Positions 46,669-47,794 of a stretch of DNA of 47,794 nt are shown here, in pieces (the stretch's first letter is position 1; every line of letters begins with the position of its first letter). The translations under genes and the position numbers were made by a program. Source of the DNA: a virus (lineage: Duplodnaviria > Caudoviricetes); IMG/VR virus record IMGVR_UViG_3300037851_000408, positions 1 to 47,794 of that record; one strand, 5' to 3'. The notes beneath the pieces are model-generated. The model was not told the origin of the DNA. It worked only from the letters and a program-made list of their open reading frames with translations, and did not search any database.

Positions 46669-47330
46669 CAACAACAAAACTCGCGGTAAATCGACCAACT
46701 CGACTGGAATTATTTTCATCGTTTGGTTCGGCGTATTCAGCAGTGCTTTGGCTCGGTGACTGCCGCGACGTGCTGCCCGCCGTGGCGGCTGATGCGGTCA
46801 TAACAGACCCGCCCTACGGACTTGGCGACAGGATGAAAGGCGGAACATGGGGCGCGGCATCGAAGTACGCCAACCTACGCGAATGGGACAAAGCCCCAAC
46901 GGATGAAACGGTCAATATGTTGATCAATCTCGCCAAAGTGTGCGTAATTTGGGGAGGGAACCATTTCCGTCTGCCAGAAAGCCGGTGCTGGCTGGTTTGG
47001 GATAAACAAAATGCCGTACCAACGATGTCTGACGTGGAACTTGCGTGGACGAACATCGACAAGCCTGCCAAGCGGAAAAGCCTTCCTGTGGGCGTACACC
47101 AATACGGACATCCGACCGAGAAGCCGCTTGCGCTAATGGCGTGGACGCTAGAACAAGCCGGTGTGACCAAGGGCACAACGGTACTCGACCCGTACATGGG
47201 CACCGGAACCACTGGAGTCGCGGCGATACGGCGCGGCTGCAACTTCATTGGAATCGAGCGCGACCCTACGCACTACAAAACCGCCGTCGAACGGATTCGC
47301 AATGAACTCAACCAAGGCGTGCTGTTATGA
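46665..47330 (+). CDS. N4C/N6A DNA methyltransferase (beta class)
   Basis: TDPPYG, HPTEKP, VLDPYMGTGTT. Confidence 0.93.
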   Translation: MTTTKLAVNRPTRLELFSSFGSAYSAVLWLGDCRDVLPAVAADAVITDPPYGLGDRMKGGTWGAASKYANLREWDKAPTDETVNMLINLAKVCVIWGGNHFRLPESRCWLVWDKQNAVPTMSDVELAWTNIDKPAKRKSLPVGVHQYGHPTEKPLALMAWTLEQAGVTKGTTVLDPYMGTGTTGVAAIRRGCNFIGIERDPTHYKTAVERIRNELNQGVLL

Positions 47331-47352
47331 CGCGAAACACAGAACCAAACCA

Positions 47353-47376
47353 CCGCGAGTCGGCTGGGGGCGGGGA
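47353..47376. repeat. 24-bp direct repeat, copy 2
   Basis: One mismatch to 46620-46643. Confidence 0.9.
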
Positions 47377-47395
47377 GTGAACATGAAAGGAAACC

Positions 47396-47617
47396 ATGAA
47401 ACAAACCAAGACAGACGCTAGAGCGCAGAACGGGGCGAAAGATCGACGCAGCAAGATTGTTCGAGGAAGGCGCAAATGCTGGTATGACATCACCATTAGG
47501 GAATGTGTCATTTGTGGCACAGGCGACAAATGCAGGGAACGGAAGTATGGACGGAAACCGTCCGCACAGAAAAGATACCACTATGAACAATTCGCGTGTG
47601 ACAGTCACTTTGCCTAA
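47396..47617 (+). CDS. small basic Cys-containing protein
   Basis: AAAGGA RBS; ECVICG. Confidence 0.6.
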   Translation: MKQTKTDARAQNGAKDRRSKIVRGRRKCWYDITIRECVICGTGDKCRERKYGRKPSAQKRYHYEQFACDSHFA

Positions 47618-47792
47618 CGTGTTGGATTGTTCGGACTGCGTGACCGTACACGTCATTGACCATCCTCGCGGCTGCCTCATGCGCATCGGTCACGATGGCG
47701 GCGTGATTCACCTAGACTGGCATGAGGCGATTGCGCTCTACGAAAAACTACGTCAACACCTAGGCGAAATGCCGGTGACAATGAGCCTTTAA
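47583..47792 (+). CDS. hypothetical protein
   Basis: ORF runs to the window end. Confidence 0.45.
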   Translation: MNNSRVTVTLPNVLDCSDCVTVHVIDHPRGCLMRIGHDGGVIHLDWHEAIALYEKLRQHLGEMPVTMSL

Positions 47793-47794
47793 CA

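Noticed and set aside
47285-47292. CGTCGAAC as the matching core site for the methylase attC-like arm
   Set aside because: One mismatch and inside the conserved AVERI coding helix; likely chance.
1-47794. tRNA/rRNA genes, tyrosine integrase, CI-type repressor, alternative genetic code
   Set aside because: None recognised; genes are intact and densely packed under code 11.

Overview
Near-complete ~48 kb tailed-phage genome. No sheath gene is visible, so it is probably a siphovirus; a PVC-superphylum host is only an inference from gene style. The minus strand carries the late module (1.9-34.2 kb): intein-containing terminase large subunit, portal, minor head protein, three GT2 glycosyltransferases plus a methyltransferase, a sigma70-region-4-like HTH, a fused protease-scaffold-capsid ORF, neck and tail genes, a 2350-aa tape measure, Cys-rich tail-region proteins, a secreted S8 subtilase and membrane/lysis-like genes. 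No endolysin is recognisable. The plus strand carries the early module (39.2-47.8 kb, continuing into 0.1-1.8 kb): DUF932-like protein, histone-fold-like protein, annealing protein, exonuclease, replication initiator, SSB-like protein, RusA and two DNA methyltransferases. A serine recombinase and a control region lie between the modules. Most unusual signals: (1) an integron attC-like site whose loop holds a gene's RBS and start, bounding an apparently integrated antisense cassette; (2) a RusA apparently split over two fully overlapping reading frames; (3) terS head-to-head with terL beside the serine recombinase; (4) a ~360-nt densely structured intergenic RNA candidate; (5) a Gly-initiated class 3 intein. 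All calls come from manual motif reading; no searches were run.
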